DNA of 64,000 nucleotides from Clostridiales bacterium (GCA_015055975.1 SVHF01000001.1:6752-70751), one strand, 5' to 3'; counted from the stretch's first letter, positions 1 through 9,138 are shown. Numbers and translations: made by a program. Notes: generated by a model not told the origin, from the letters alone.

Positions 1-1065
1 GTTACAGGTATATTTACATCGGCAATAGTTGGTCTTGTATGTATATCTACAGATTCAAAGTTGTTTGGTAATTTAACATTAATGCAAGTAAGTGGACTTT
101 TAATTAGTATGATATCTTCAGTATGCGCAACTTTCTTAATGCATAAAGGATTCACAAGATTAAAAGTAACTTTAGGTACAATCATAATTGGTTTAGCTTT
201 AGCTCCACTTGGAATATTGTTCGGGTTTTTAGACAAAACAGCAGACGCTTTGTCTATATTTAGAGTATGTGTAAATATCTTTATTGGAAATGTAATAGCG
301 GTTGCTTTTGAAACACTATTATTGCCATTATATGAGTACGTATTCAGAATTTGGACAGACTATAAGCTTGCTGAGATTTGTTCTTTAAATCAACCACTTC
401 TTCGTGAATTGAAAGAAAAGGCGCCAGGAACATTTGCTCACTGTTTAACAGTTTCAACACTTGCTGAAAACTGCGCAATAGCTGTTGGATTAAATCCATT
501 CATGGCAAGAGCTTGTGCTATGTATCATGACGTAGGAAAGATGAAGAATCCACAATTCTTCTCAGAAAACCAAACGGATGGATATAACCCACACGATGAT
601 TTAATTATTGATGTATCTGTAAAGATGATTACAGAGCACCCATCTGAAGGTGCACAAATGCTAAAAGAGCATAGAATGCCAGATACAGTTATTCGTGCAG
701 CTTTAGAGCACCATGGCGATTCTACATTAATGTTCTTCTACCTAAAAGCTAAAGGTATTACAGAAAAGAGCTTAAATACGGATGAATATCGTTATTCAAA
801 TCCAAAGCCATCTACAAAATATAGCGCTATCATTATGATTTGCGATATGTGTGAAGCAACTATTCGTGCTAAAAAGCCACAATCTCAAGAAGAATTAGAA
901 GGAATTGTTTATAACATCATTCAAGGAAGAATTCTTGATGGACAGTTCTCAGATTGCGATATCTCAATGAAGGATTTAGCAAAGATTAAAACTAGTGTTT
1001 GCGAAGCAATCCCTTCAATGATGCACGATAGAATCAACTACGATAAAGCTAAGGAGCGTAGATAA
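1..1065 (+). CDS. pgpH: 7TM-HD membrane phosphohydrolase of the PgpH/YqfF type (c-di-AMP phosphodiesterase family); the 5' end lies outside the window
   Basis: Frame 1 is open from nt 1, with no stop before the listed TTG at 61. The N-terminal part is hydrophobic. HD-domain signatures 'FAHCLTVS', 'MYHDVGK' and 'LEHHGDS' follow. It sits in the conserved yqfF-ybeY-era-recO order. Confidence 0.75.
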   Translation, partial: VTGIFTSAIVGLVCISTDSKLFGNLTLMQVSGLLISMISSVCATFLMHKGFTRLKVTLGTIIIGLALAPLGILFGFLDKTADALSIFRVCVNIFIGNVIAVAFETLLLPLYEYVFRIWTDYKLAEICSLNQPLLRELKEKAPGTFAHCLTVSTLAENCAIAVGLNPFMARACAMYHDVGKMKNPQFFSENQTDGYNPHDDLIIDVSVKMITEHPSEGAQMLKEHRMPDTVIRAALEHHGDSTLMFFYLKAKGITEKSLNTDEYRYSNPKPSTKYSAIIMICDMCEATIRAKKPQSQEELEGIVYNIIQGRILDGQFSDCDISMKDLAKIKTSVCEAIPSMMHDRINYDKAKERR

Positions 1066-1550
1066 TGGCTCTTGAAATCTTCTATACAACAAAAAACAAA
1101 AATGTAGATAAAGCATTTCTAGATAAAATCTATAAAGCGGCTTTGAAGCATTTTAACTTAGAAGATATATTTGAAGTTGAATTGACAATTGTCGGTGAAA
1201 CAAGAATTAAAAATACAAATAGAGAAACACGTGGAATAGATAGGGTGACAGATGTCCTATCTTTTCCATCTATAGATTTTAAATTCCCATTTAAAAAACA
1301 AGATTATATCTACGATATTGATCCAGAAACAGGAAAGATTATGCTTGGAGAGTTGATGCTTTGCGAAAAGCGAGCAAAAGCACAAGCAAAAGCATATGGA
1401 CACTCTTTAAATAGAGAAATAGGATTTTTGGTTTTACATGGACTATTGCATTTATTAGGCTTTGACCATATTAAAAAGGAAGATGAAGTTGTAATGATGG
1501 GACATGCCGAAGAAATATTAAAAGGATTAAATTTAACAAGAGATGTTTAA
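1065..1550 (+). CDS. ybeY: rRNA maturation endoribonuclease YbeY
   Basis: 161 aa with the Zn-binding motif 'HGLLHLLGFDH'. It has a TAATG stop/start overlap with the upstream gene. Confidence 0.9.
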   Translation: MALEIFYTTKNKNVDKAFLDKIYKAALKHFNLEDIFEVELTIVGETRIKNTNRETRGIDRVTDVLSFPSIDFKFPFKKQDYIYDIDPETGKIMLGELMLCEKRAKAQAKAYGHSLNREIGFLVLHGLLHLLGFDHIKKEDEVVMMGHAEEILKGLNLTRDV

Positions 1551-2436
1551 AAGCGGTTATATAACAATTATAGGAAAGCCAAACGTGGGCAAATCTACGC
1601 TAACTAACGCACTAGTTGGGGAAAAGGTTTCCATTGTATCTTTTAGGCCTCAAACGACGCGTGATAGAATACTTGGTATTGTAAATGGCAAAGATTACCA
1701 AATGATGCTAGTAGATACACCAGGAATCCATAAGCCAAAAAATAAGCTTTCAGAATACATGATGAAAAATGTTGAAACATCTATTGAATGTGTAGATGGA
1801 ATTGTGTATGTTATCGCTTGCGATAAAAAACTAGAAGAAGATGAGATAAAAGATATAGAAAAATACGCATCATCTAACATCCCTTTAATTATTGTAATTA
1901 ACAAGTGTGATACTCAAGATCAAGAGGGAATTATCGCAAAAATAGATAAACTAAAAGACATTAAAAATGTGGCTGCAATTATTCCAATTTCAGCCCTTAA
2001 GAAAAAGCATATTCAAGATTTAGAAAAAGAGCTTGTAAAGCTATTGCCAGAAGGCGAAAAACAATTTAGCGAAGATGAATTTACAGATAAATCAACTCGC
2101 TTTATTGTATCTGAATATATCCGTGAAAAAGCACTTAAAGCGCTTGGCGATGAATTGCCATATGGAGTAGCGGTTATTATCAACACTTTTGAAGAAGGTG
2201 ACAACAATGTTGTCACAATTGAAGCAGACATCGTTTGCGAAAAGCAGGCACATAAGGCAATAATCATAGGCAAAAATGCTTCAAAAATTAAAGAAATTTC
2301 TCAAAGCGCAAGAATAGATATTGAAAAGCTTTTAGGGCAAAAAGTTTTCTTAAGAATATTTGTTAAAGTTAAAGAAGATTGGAGAAACAATCCAACGCTT
2401 TTAAACAACATGGGTTACGATAAAAAAGAACTATAA
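1543..2436 (+). CDS. era: GTPase Era
   Basis: G1 'GKPNVGKST', G3 'DTPG' and G4 'NKCD', plus a C-terminal KH-like region. The start overlaps ybeY by 8 nt. Confidence 0.95.
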   Translation: MFKSGYITIIGKPNVGKSTLTNALVGEKVSIVSFRPQTTRDRILGIVNGKDYQMMLVDTPGIHKPKNKLSEYMMKNVETSIECVDGIVYVIACDKKLEEDEIKDIEKYASSNIPLIIVINKCDTQDQEGIIAKIDKLKDIKNVAAIIPISALKKKHIQDLEKELVKLLPEGEKQFSEDEFTDKSTRFIVSEYIREKALKALGDELPYGVAVIINTFEEGDNNVVTIEADIVCEKQAHKAIIIGKNASKIKEISQSARIDIEKLLGQKVFLRIFVKVKEDWRNNPTLLNNMGYDKKEL

Positions 2437-2972
2437 TGGAAACATTCGAAATTGATGCAATTTGTATAAGAAGTGTAGATTATGCTGAGAATGATAAAAT
2501 CATTACTTTGTATGGCACTGATGTTGGCAAATTAGCAATGATTGCAAAAGGTGCCAAAAAGCCAAAGGCCAAACTTAAGTTTGCAGCATCTCCATTTTGC
2601 TTTGGACATTATTACTATTCAGGAAAGGGCACAAAAAAGACTTTAACAGGTTGTGATACTTATGATTCTTTTTATAATCTAGCTCTTGATCCTGAAAAAT
2701 TTTACGCAGGGACAGTTATTCTTGAAATCTTAGATAAGATGGGAATGGAAGATGATTACAATAAAGACTTGTTCGTAACTGCTCTAAAGGCCTTAAAAGA
2801 ATTGTGCTACGAAGAATTAAATGTAAAAGAATATCTATATAGCGCAATAAAAGAAATATTGAGAGCATTAGGGTATGAGTGCAATGCAATAACCCTTTTA
2901 GATTACTACAACTATTTTAAATATACGCATTCGGTAAATATTAACTCTATTAAAGAGTTAATTAATTTATAA
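2436..2972 (+). CDS. recO: DNA repair protein RecO (short form, no zinc-finger region)
   Basis: Lies directly after era (conserved era-recO pair, TAATG overlap). The N-terminus looks like an OB fold ('AICIRSVDYAENDKIITLY...LAMIAKGAKKPK'). Only 178 aa, with no CxxC pairs. Confidence 0.6.
   Translation: METFEIDAICIRSVDYAENDKIITLYGTDVGKLAMIAKGAKKPKAKLKFAASPFCFGHYYYSGKGTKKTLTGCDTYDSFYNLALDPEKFYAGTVILEILDKMGMEDDYNKDLFVTALKALKELCYEELNVKEYLYSAIKEILRALGYECNAITLLDYYNYFKYTHSVNINSIKELINL
2938..2972 (+). repeat. Direct repeat copy A (atattaactc-tattaaa-gagttaattaatttataa), containing the 7-bp hairpin ttaactc/gagttaa; encodes the last residues and stop of recO
   Basis: Read directly. It matches 3678..3708 in 28 positions (10 + 18 nt blocks); the only difference is the hairpin loop (7 nt versus 3 nt). 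Confidence 0.85.
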
Positions 2973-3046
2973 AAGTTTTAATACAGATTCTTTATGTATA
3001 TTGAATAGATGCATGGTTCATGATATCTTATAATAAAGAGGTTATC

Positions 3047-3667
3047 ATGAGAAAGAACGGTTTAATTACATTGTCGTTGTTTATTATATTTATTATTACA
3101 ATTACTTTGCTTTTTACTATTGCCGGCTGCAGTGATAATCCAAATCGAGATAACCAAGACGTTCGAGAAAGAGTATACGAATATGGATTTAGTTCAAGAG
3201 ATCATGCTTCTCTAGCTTCCACAGAATTATTTGCATATAAAATTGAATTGGAATCTTTTGATCCAGATAATGTTGAGATGATCATATATTTTGGATGGCT
3301 AGAAAGTGCCGTTACACACGAGTGTATGCGAGATGATATAGATACTGACTTTGTAATTAGTTGTTCAAACCTTGCTAGTGGCTTAAAAATCGAGCTATTA
3401 AGGGTTGATGATTATAATGAAGACGAATATAGGGTAACAGCTAGAGGAGAATGGATGATGATAATGGGGGCTAACACACTAAGACACTATTACACATTCA
3501 ATCATTCTGAAAAAATACATATTCCTAAAGAGTTATTTGTAGGAGAAAATGGCTATCTATGCTTCTCTGGCCTTGGATTAATTGATAATAAGTATGGGCG
3601 AACATTAAGCGGTGTTGTAAACTATGAAATAGTAGACAACAAAGTATCTTTATTTGCTCTGCGATAA
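3047..3667 (+). CDS. Hypothetical lipoprotein
   Basis: SD 'aaagagg' lies just upstream of ATG 3047, which is internal to the listed ORF 3020..3667. The signal peptide ends in the lipobox 'IAGC'. No recognisable domain. Confidence 0.6.
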   Translation: MRKNGLITLSLFIIFIITITLLFTIAGCSDNPNRDNQDVRERVYEYGFSSRDHASLASTELFAYKIELESFDPDNVEMIIYFGWLESAVTHECMRDDIDTDFVISCSNLASGLKIELLRVDDYNEDEYRVTARGEWMMIMGANTLRHYYTFNHSEKIHIPKELFVGENGYLCFSGLGLIDNKYGRTLSGVVNYEIVDNKVSLFALR

Positions 3668-3677
3668 GATTGCATTT

Positions 3678-3708
3678 ATATTAACTCATAGAGTTAATTA
3701 ATTTATAA
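3678..3708 (+). repeat. Direct repeat copy B (atattaactc-ata-gagttaattaatttataa), non-coding, just after the lipoprotein stop
   Basis: Read directly. It duplicates the recO 3' terminus (copy A, 2938..2972). Confidence 0.85.
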
Positions 3709-3839
3709 TTACAAATTTTTCTCTAAAATTATTAAATATATTATTATATTATGCTTGAAATGAAGCCTTGTATTTTGTAAAATATTATTTGGTGTAAAAA
3801 ATACTAAATATTATATATTTACTCGAAGGAGGAGTAACA

Positions 3840-6482
3840 ATGAAAAAATACGTTTATTTGTTCTCAGAAGGTAATGCAAAGATGCGTGAACTTCTAGGCG
3901 GTAAGGGAGCAAACCTTGCTGAAATGACTAATATTGGTCTTCCAGTTCCACAAGGTTTCACAATCTCAACAGAAGCTTGTACTCAATACTATGAAGATGG
4001 CAGACAAATCAATGATGAAATCAAAGCTGAAATCATGGAGTACATTGAAAAGTTAGAGAAAATTACAGGAAAGAAATTTGGTGATAAAGAAAATCCACTT
4101 CTAGTTTCTGTTCGTTCTGGTGCTAGAGCATCAATGCCAGGTATGATGGATACAATCCTTAACCTAGGTTTAAATGAAGACGTTGTTGACGTTATTGCTA
4201 AGAAGTCAAACAACCCAAGATGGGCATGGGACTGCTACAGAAGATTTATTCAAATGTTCTCAGACGTTGTTATGGAAGTTTCAAAGAAAGAATTTGAATC
4301 TTTAATCGACGCTATGAAGGAAAAGAAGGGAGTTGTATACGACGTAGAACTTTCTGATTCTGACTTAAGAGAATTAGCTGAACAATTCAAAGCTAAGTAT
4401 AAGCAAGCTTTAGGAAAGGACTTCCCAACAGATCCAAAAGAACAATTATTCGAAGCTATTAAAGCCGTATTCAGAAGCTGGGATAACCCAAGAGCTAATG
4501 TATACAGAATGGACCACGATATTCCATATAGCTGGGGTACAGCTGTAAACGTTCAAGAAATGGCTTTCGGTAACATGGGCGACGATTGCGGTACTGGTGT
4601 TGCTTTCACAAGAAACCCAGCTACAGGTGAAAAGGGACTTATGGGTGAATTCTTAATGAACGCTCAAGGTGAAGACGTTGTTGCTGGTGTTAGAACACCA
4701 ATGCCAATTTCTCAAATGGCTCAAGTTTTACCAGATGTTTATAAGCAATTCCAAGAAGTTTGCAAGATCCTAGAAAATCACTACAGAGATATGCAAGATA
4801 TGGAATTCACAATTGAAAGAGGTAAGTTATTCATGCTTCAAACAAGAAACGGTAAGAGAACAGCTGCTGCTGCTATCAGAATCGCTTGTGATTTAATCGA
4901 TGAAGGCATGATTACAGAACAAGAAGCTTTACTTCAAATCGATGCTAAGACTCTTGATATGTTACTACACCCAACATTCGATGCTGAAGCTCTAAAGGCT
5001 GCTAACAAAGAAAATATCGTAGGTAAGGGTATTGCTGCATCTCCAGGAGCTGCTGCTGGTAGAATCGTATTCACACCAGAAGATGCCGTTGCTGAAGGTA
5101 AGAAGGGTAGAAAGGTAGTTCTAGTTAGACTAGAGACATCTCCAGAAGATATTGAAGGTATGAAATACTCTCAAGGTATCTTAACAGTTCGTGGTGGTCA
5201 AACATCTCACGCTGCCGTTGTTGCTCGTGGTATGGGTACATGCTGCGTATCTGGTTGTGGAGACATCAAGATGCACGAAGAAGAAAAGTACTTCGAACTT
5301 GGTGGTAAGATCTACAGAGAAGGCGATCCTATCTCTCTAGATGGTTCTACAGGTAACATCTACAACATCATGATTAAGACAGTTCCAGCAGATCCAAACA
5401 CAGGATACTTCGGAAGAATCATGAAGCTTGCTGATAAATATAAGGCACTAGGCGTTAGAACAAACGCTGATACTCCAGCAGATGCTCAAAGAGCTGCTGA
5501 ACTTGGTGCTCAAGGTATTGGTCTATGCAGAACAGAGCACATGTTCTTCGGACCAGGCAGAATTGAAAAATTCCGTCAAATGATTTGTTCAGAAACAGAA
5601 AAAGAAAGAGTTGAAGCTCTAAAAGATATCGAACCAATGCAACAAGCTGACTTCGAAGGCTTAATGGAAGCTCTAAAGGGTCTACCAGTTACAATTCGTT
5701 TCTTGGATCCACCTCTACACGAGTTCGTTCCAACAATCGATAGAGATATTGAAGAATTAGCTCATGCTCAAGGAAAGACTCCACAAGAAATCAGAATGAT
5801 TTGTGATTCCCTACATGAATTCAACCCAATGATGGGTCATAGAGGATGTAGACTTGCTGTTACATATCCAGAAATTGCTATCATGCAAACAAAGGCTGTA
5901 ATCAAGGCTGCTATCGCTGTTCAAAAGAGACATCCAGATTGGAACGTAGTTCCTGAAATCATGATCCCACTTGTTGGAGACGTCAAGGAATTGAAGTTCT
6001 GCAAGAAGACTGTTGTTGAAACAGCTGATGCAGTTATCAAGGAAGCTGGAGCTAACTTAAAGTATGAAGTTGGTACAATGATCGAAATTCCAAGAGCTGC
6101 ATTAACAGCTGACGAAATCGCTAAGGAAGCTGAATTCTTCTGCTTCGGTACAAACGACTTAACACAAATGACATTCGGCTTCAGCCGTGATGACGCATCT
6201 AAGTTCTTACCAGCTTACTATCAAGCTAAGATTTACGAATCTGATCCATTCGCTAGATTGGATACAACAGGTGTTGGTAAGTTAATGAAGATGGCTGTAG
6301 ATATGGGACATGCTACAAGAAAAGATATCCACTGCGGTATCTGTGGTGAACACGGTGGTGACCCATCATCAATCGAATTCTGTCATGACATCGGACTTGA
6401 TTATGTATCATGTTCTCCATTCAGAGTTCCAATTGCAAGACTTGCTGCAGCACAAGCTAACATTAAGAACCCAAGAAAATAG
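3840..6482 (+). CDS. ppdK: Pyruvate, phosphate dikinase
   Basis: 880 aa. Phosphohistidine region 'GGQTSHAAVVARGMG', 'GLCRTEHMF', and C-terminal 'GICGEHGGDP'. Strong SD 'ggaggag'. Confidence 0.97.
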   Translation: MKKYVYLFSEGNAKMRELLGGKGANLAEMTNIGLPVPQGFTISTEACTQYYEDGRQINDEIKAEIMEYIEKLEKITGKKFGDKENPLLVSVRSGARASMPGMMDTILNLGLNEDVVDVIAKKSNNPRWAWDCYRRFIQMFSDVVMEVSKKEFESLIDAMKEKKGVVYDVELSDSDLRELAEQFKAKYKQALGKDFPTDPKEQLFEAIKAVFRSWDNPRANVYRMDHDIPYSWGTAVNVQEMAFGNMGDDCGTGVAFTRNPATGEKGLMGEFLMNAQGEDVVAGVRTPMPISQMAQVLPDVYKQFQEVCKILENHYRDMQDMEFTIERGKLFMLQTRNGKRTAAAAIRIACDLIDEGMITEQEALLQIDAKTLDMLLHPTFDAEALKAANKENIVGKGIAASPGAAAGRIVFTPEDAVAEGKKGRKVVLVRLETSPEDIEGMKYSQGILTVRGGQTSHAAVVARGMGTCCVSGCGDIKMHEEEKYFELGGKIYREGDPISLDGSTGNIYNIMIKTVPADPNTGYFGRIMKLADKYKALGVRTNADTPADAQRAAELGAQGIGLCRTEHMFFGPGRIEKFRQMICSETEKERVEALKDIEPMQQADFEGLMEALKGLPVTIRFLDPPLHEFVPTIDRDIEELAHAQGKTPQEIRMICDSLHEFNPMMGHRGCRLAVTYPEIAIMQTKAVIKAAIAVQKRHPDWNVVPEIMIPLVGDVKELKFCKKTVVETADAVIKEAGANLKYEVGTMIEIPRAALTADEIAKEAEFFCFGTNDLTQMTFGFSRDDASKFLPAYYQAKIYESDPFARLDTTGVGKLMKMAVDMGHATRKDIHCGICGEHGGDPSSIEFCHDIGLDYVSCSPFRVPIARLAAAQANIKNPRK

Positions 6483-6506
6483 TTCTGAAAAATTAGCATA
6501 ATTAAT

Positions 6507-6548
6507 TGGGCATTCAAAGGCGAACAACCTTAGGATGCCCATCTTTTT
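6507..6548 (+). terminator. Rho-independent terminator of ppdK
   Basis: Stem tgggcattc/ggatgccca (6507-6515 / 6533-6541) with an inner aagg/cctt helix, followed by tcttttt. Confidence 0.75.
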
Positions 6549-6788
6549 GAATAACTAAATTATTCAAGAAAAACGAATAATATATATTGGTGTTTATGCC
6601 CTTAATATAGGCACGTTTACTACATATACAACAACAGCTATAGAATCAGATGGAATGATGTGGTATTCTTCAGATGATGATCCAGGTGGCTCTCCAACAC
6701 TTACTATAGAATCGCTAAAAGGTACTGGCTTAAGTAGCAGGTCTGATAGAACTCTTTGGAGAGAAGATTATCCAATGATTTAGTAATA

Positions 6789-6797
6789 TGCTATAAT
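6789..6797 (+). promoter_or_regulatory. Extended -10 promoter element (tgctataat) upstream of the RCK gene pair
   Basis: TGnTATAAT at 6789-6797, about 38 nt upstream of ATG 6835. The -35 is poor. Confidence 0.45.
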
Positions 6798-6834
6798 TAA
6801 TTGTGCGCGAGTAATTGCGCGAGAGGAGAATGTA

Positions 6835-7242
6835 ATGAGAGGACACGTAATAGTAATAGGAGCAGGAAAGTTCGGTTCATATCTAGCAAGCTCTTTATCT
6901 GCAAGAGGCCAAGATGTAATCTTGATAGATAAAGATAAGGAAGCATTTTCTAATTTAACAGAAGAATTTGCAGGATATGAAATCAACGATAATGCATTTG
7001 AATTAGAAGTACTAGAAGAGGCTGAAATCGGAAAGGCAGCACAAGTTATTATTGCTACAAACTCAGATAACGCAAACATCTTTATCGCTTATATTTGCGA
7101 TGAAATATATCACGTTCCACAAATCTTTGTAAGACAATCTAATGAAGACAAGGTATCTTTATTGGCAGGCACTAGATATAAGGTTATATATCCATTTAAC
7201 CTATCTATTCAACAATATTTCAATATGGTGGAGGGCAACTAG
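6835..7242 (+). CDS. TrkA-N (RCK N-lobe, NAD-binding) domain protein, N-domain only
   Basis: Rossmann motif 'VIVIGAGKFGSYLA...DVILIDKD'. At 135 aa it is too short to include a TrkA-C lobe. SD 'gaggag'. Confidence 0.7.
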   Translation: MRGHVIVIGAGKFGSYLASSLSARGQDVILIDKDKEAFSNLTEEFAGYEINDNAFELEVLEEAEIGKAAQVIIATNSDNANIFIAYICDEIYHVPQIFVRQSNEDKVSLLAGTRYKVIYPFNLSIQQYFNMVEGN

Positions 7243-7243
7243 T

Positions 7244-7912
7244 ATGAAGGTATTAATTGCAGGCGGACAAAACGAAGCAGATTTCATCATAAAGATGTTT
7301 AAAGAAGAAAAGCATCAATTAGTCGTTATCAATAGCGATATCAACTATTGTAAGCTTTTAAGTAGAGAAAACCATATTAAGGTATATAGTGGTGATCCAA
7401 CACAAATTAGCGTTTTAACAGATGCTGGTATTCAAGATTGTGATTTGGTAGTAGCGCTATGTTCAAAAGACGAAGATAACTTTGTTATCTGTCAAATTGC
7501 TTCAAAGGTTTTCGATATTCAAAAAGTTGTATGTATTGTATCTAACCCTAAAAACGTTGATGTATTCCATAACCTAGGAATAAAGAGTGTAGTATCTTCA
7601 GCATTCTTGTTACTTCAAACAATTAAGGCAGAAGCTGAATTTGAAAACGTAGTTAAGGCTTTAACTTTTGAACAAGATAAAATTGCAATGCTAGAGTTCA
7701 AATTAAATGAACCAGACTCAGCAATTATAGGAAAGACTTTAGCTGAATTAGAAAATACAAAATTATATACAATTGCTTGTATATATAGAGAAACACAAGC
7801 TATCATCCCATCTGGTAATACAGAAATAAAACTTGGCGATAAGCTATTTATCGTAACAACATATCTAGACAAGGATGAAGTTGTAAGATATATACAAAAG
7901 AAAAAGAGTTAA
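7244..7912 (+). CDS. KtrA/TrkA-like RCK protein (TrkA-N plus TrkA-C) with a degenerate glycine motif
   Basis: Start taken at ATG 7244 (SD 'ggaggg'); the listed ORF 7142 overlaps the upstream gene. 'MKVLIAGGQNEA' replaces GxGxxG. The C-terminal 'IIGKTLAEL...IIPSGNTEIKLGDKLFIV' is TrkA-C-like. Confidence 0.7.
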   Translation: MKVLIAGGQNEADFIIKMFKEEKHQLVVINSDINYCKLLSRENHIKVYSGDPTQISVLTDAGIQDCDLVVALCSKDEDNFVICQIASKVFDIQKVVCIVSNPKNVDVFHNLGIKSVVSSAFLLLQTIKAEAEFENVVKALTFEQDKIAMLEFKLNEPDSAIIGKTLAELENTKLYTIACIYRETQAIIPSGNTEIKLGDKLFIVTTYLDKDEVVRYIQKKKS

Positions 7913-9129
7913 TTTTTAAACGGTTTATAATCTGAGTTCTTTATGTGCTCACATAAATCTTGATTAGCAAGTGTGGATGCTGGTTGAATAGACGAGTATC
8001 CATATTTTTTCTTAATCTTATCTATTGATTTTGAAAGCTCAGTATCTTTAGTGAAGTCATTTCCAAACATGCTCATTTGAATTTCTGGAGATGTGGTCAT
8101 TTTTGTTGTACCAAAAGAGATTAATCTTACTGGATTTTGTGGAGTTGATTCTAGAATTTGCTTTGCGCCGTCAAAAAGGCTTCTAGAAGCGCAAGTTGCT
8201 GGAATGGTTAGTTGCTTACCATAAAATTCGAAATCGTCGTATTTTAAGCCCAAATATATCCCTGTAGTTACTGCGTTAAGATTTACAAGTCTATTAGATA
8301 TTAATTCGCAAAGTGCACGAATGACACAAAGTTTTTCTTCTTTTGTTACTAAATCTCTATAAGTAGTTATAGAGTTAGATATTTGTTTTACTTGGCCTTG
8401 TTTATCACAAAGCTTAACTGGGTCATCGTCAAGTCCATTTGCCCAATCTACATACATAACCCCATTTACGCCAAAGTGCGTGCGCATAATGTTTCTATCT
8501 GTATATGCTAAATCTCCAATTGTATGGATATTCATCTTAGATAGATGTGCAGTAGTCCTACGACCAATCATAATCATGTCGGATACGGGAAGATTATAAA
8601 TCTTTTCTTTATAATTTTCTCGAGATATAACTGTTGTAGCGTCTGGCTTTTTCATATCTGAGCCTAGCTTTGCAAATACCTTGTTAAAAGAAACGCCAGC
8701 AGAGATTGTAATTCCTAGTTCATCTTTTATAATTTGGCGCAATTTGTTGGCGATTTCTTCGCCTGTTCCAAATATCTTAGAGTGCGTTACATCTAACCAG
8801 CATTCATCCATACCAAAGCATTCAACTCTATCTGTAAATCTAGAATATATTTCAAATAGCATATTAGAGTATTCTATGTATTTATCATATTCAGCAGGGA
8901 CTATTAAAAGATCCGGACACTTTTGCTTAGCTTCCCAAATAACATCGCCAGTAGCTACACCATATTTTTTAGCTTCTTGAGATTTTGCAAGAACAATTCC
9001 ATGACGCTTTTCTGGATCGCCACAAACCGCAATAGGTTTACCTCGGTACTGAGGATGTAATTTCGCAGATACCGAAGCAAAGAAATTATTAGCGTCGCAA
9101 TGTAAAATAGTTCTATCTAAGTTTCTCAT
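7909..9129 (-). CDS. dinB: DNA polymerase IV (Y-family)
   Basis: 'ILHCDANNFFASV' and 'GMDECWLDVT', which are typical of DinB. I prefer the second ATG (9129) because a TATAAT box overlaps the first ATG (9150). Confidence 0.88.
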   Translation of the reverse strand: MRNLDRTILHCDANNFFASVSAKLHPQYRGKPIAVCGDPEKRHGIVLAKSQEAKKYGVATGDVIWEAKQKCPDLLIVPAEYDKYIEYSNMLFEIYSRFTDRVECFGMDECWLDVTHSKIFGTGEEIANKLRQIIKDELGITISAGVSFNKVFAKLGSDMKKPDATTVISRENYKEKIYNLPVSDMIMIGRRTTAHLSKMNIHTIGDLAYTDRNIMRTHFGVNGVMYVDWANGLDDDPVKLCDKQGQVKQISNSITTYRDLVTKEEKLCVIRALCELISNRLVNLNAVTTGIYLGLKYDDFEFYGKQLTIPATCASRSLFDGAKQILESTPQNPVRLISFGTTKMTTSPEIQMSMFGNDFTKDTELSKSIDKIKKKYGYSSIQPASTLANQDLCEHIKNSDYKPFKN

Positions 9130-9138
9130 GGTAACAAC

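Noticed and set aside
6541-6834. c-di-AMP (ydaO/kimA-type) riboswitch upstream of the K+-related RCK genes
   Set aside because: A c-di-AMP riboswitch is expected for K+ transport genes in Firmicutes. However, the spacer lacks the G-rich pseudo-symmetric conserved cores (ACGGGGA/CCCGA-like), and I could not fold the characteristic structure. A covariance-model scan would settle it.
7142-7243. N-terminal extension of the second RCK gene (the ORF track starts it at 7142)
   Set aside because: The extension overlaps the upstream gene in another frame and has no SD. ATG 7244 has 'ggaggg' and begins the Rossmann-like fold.
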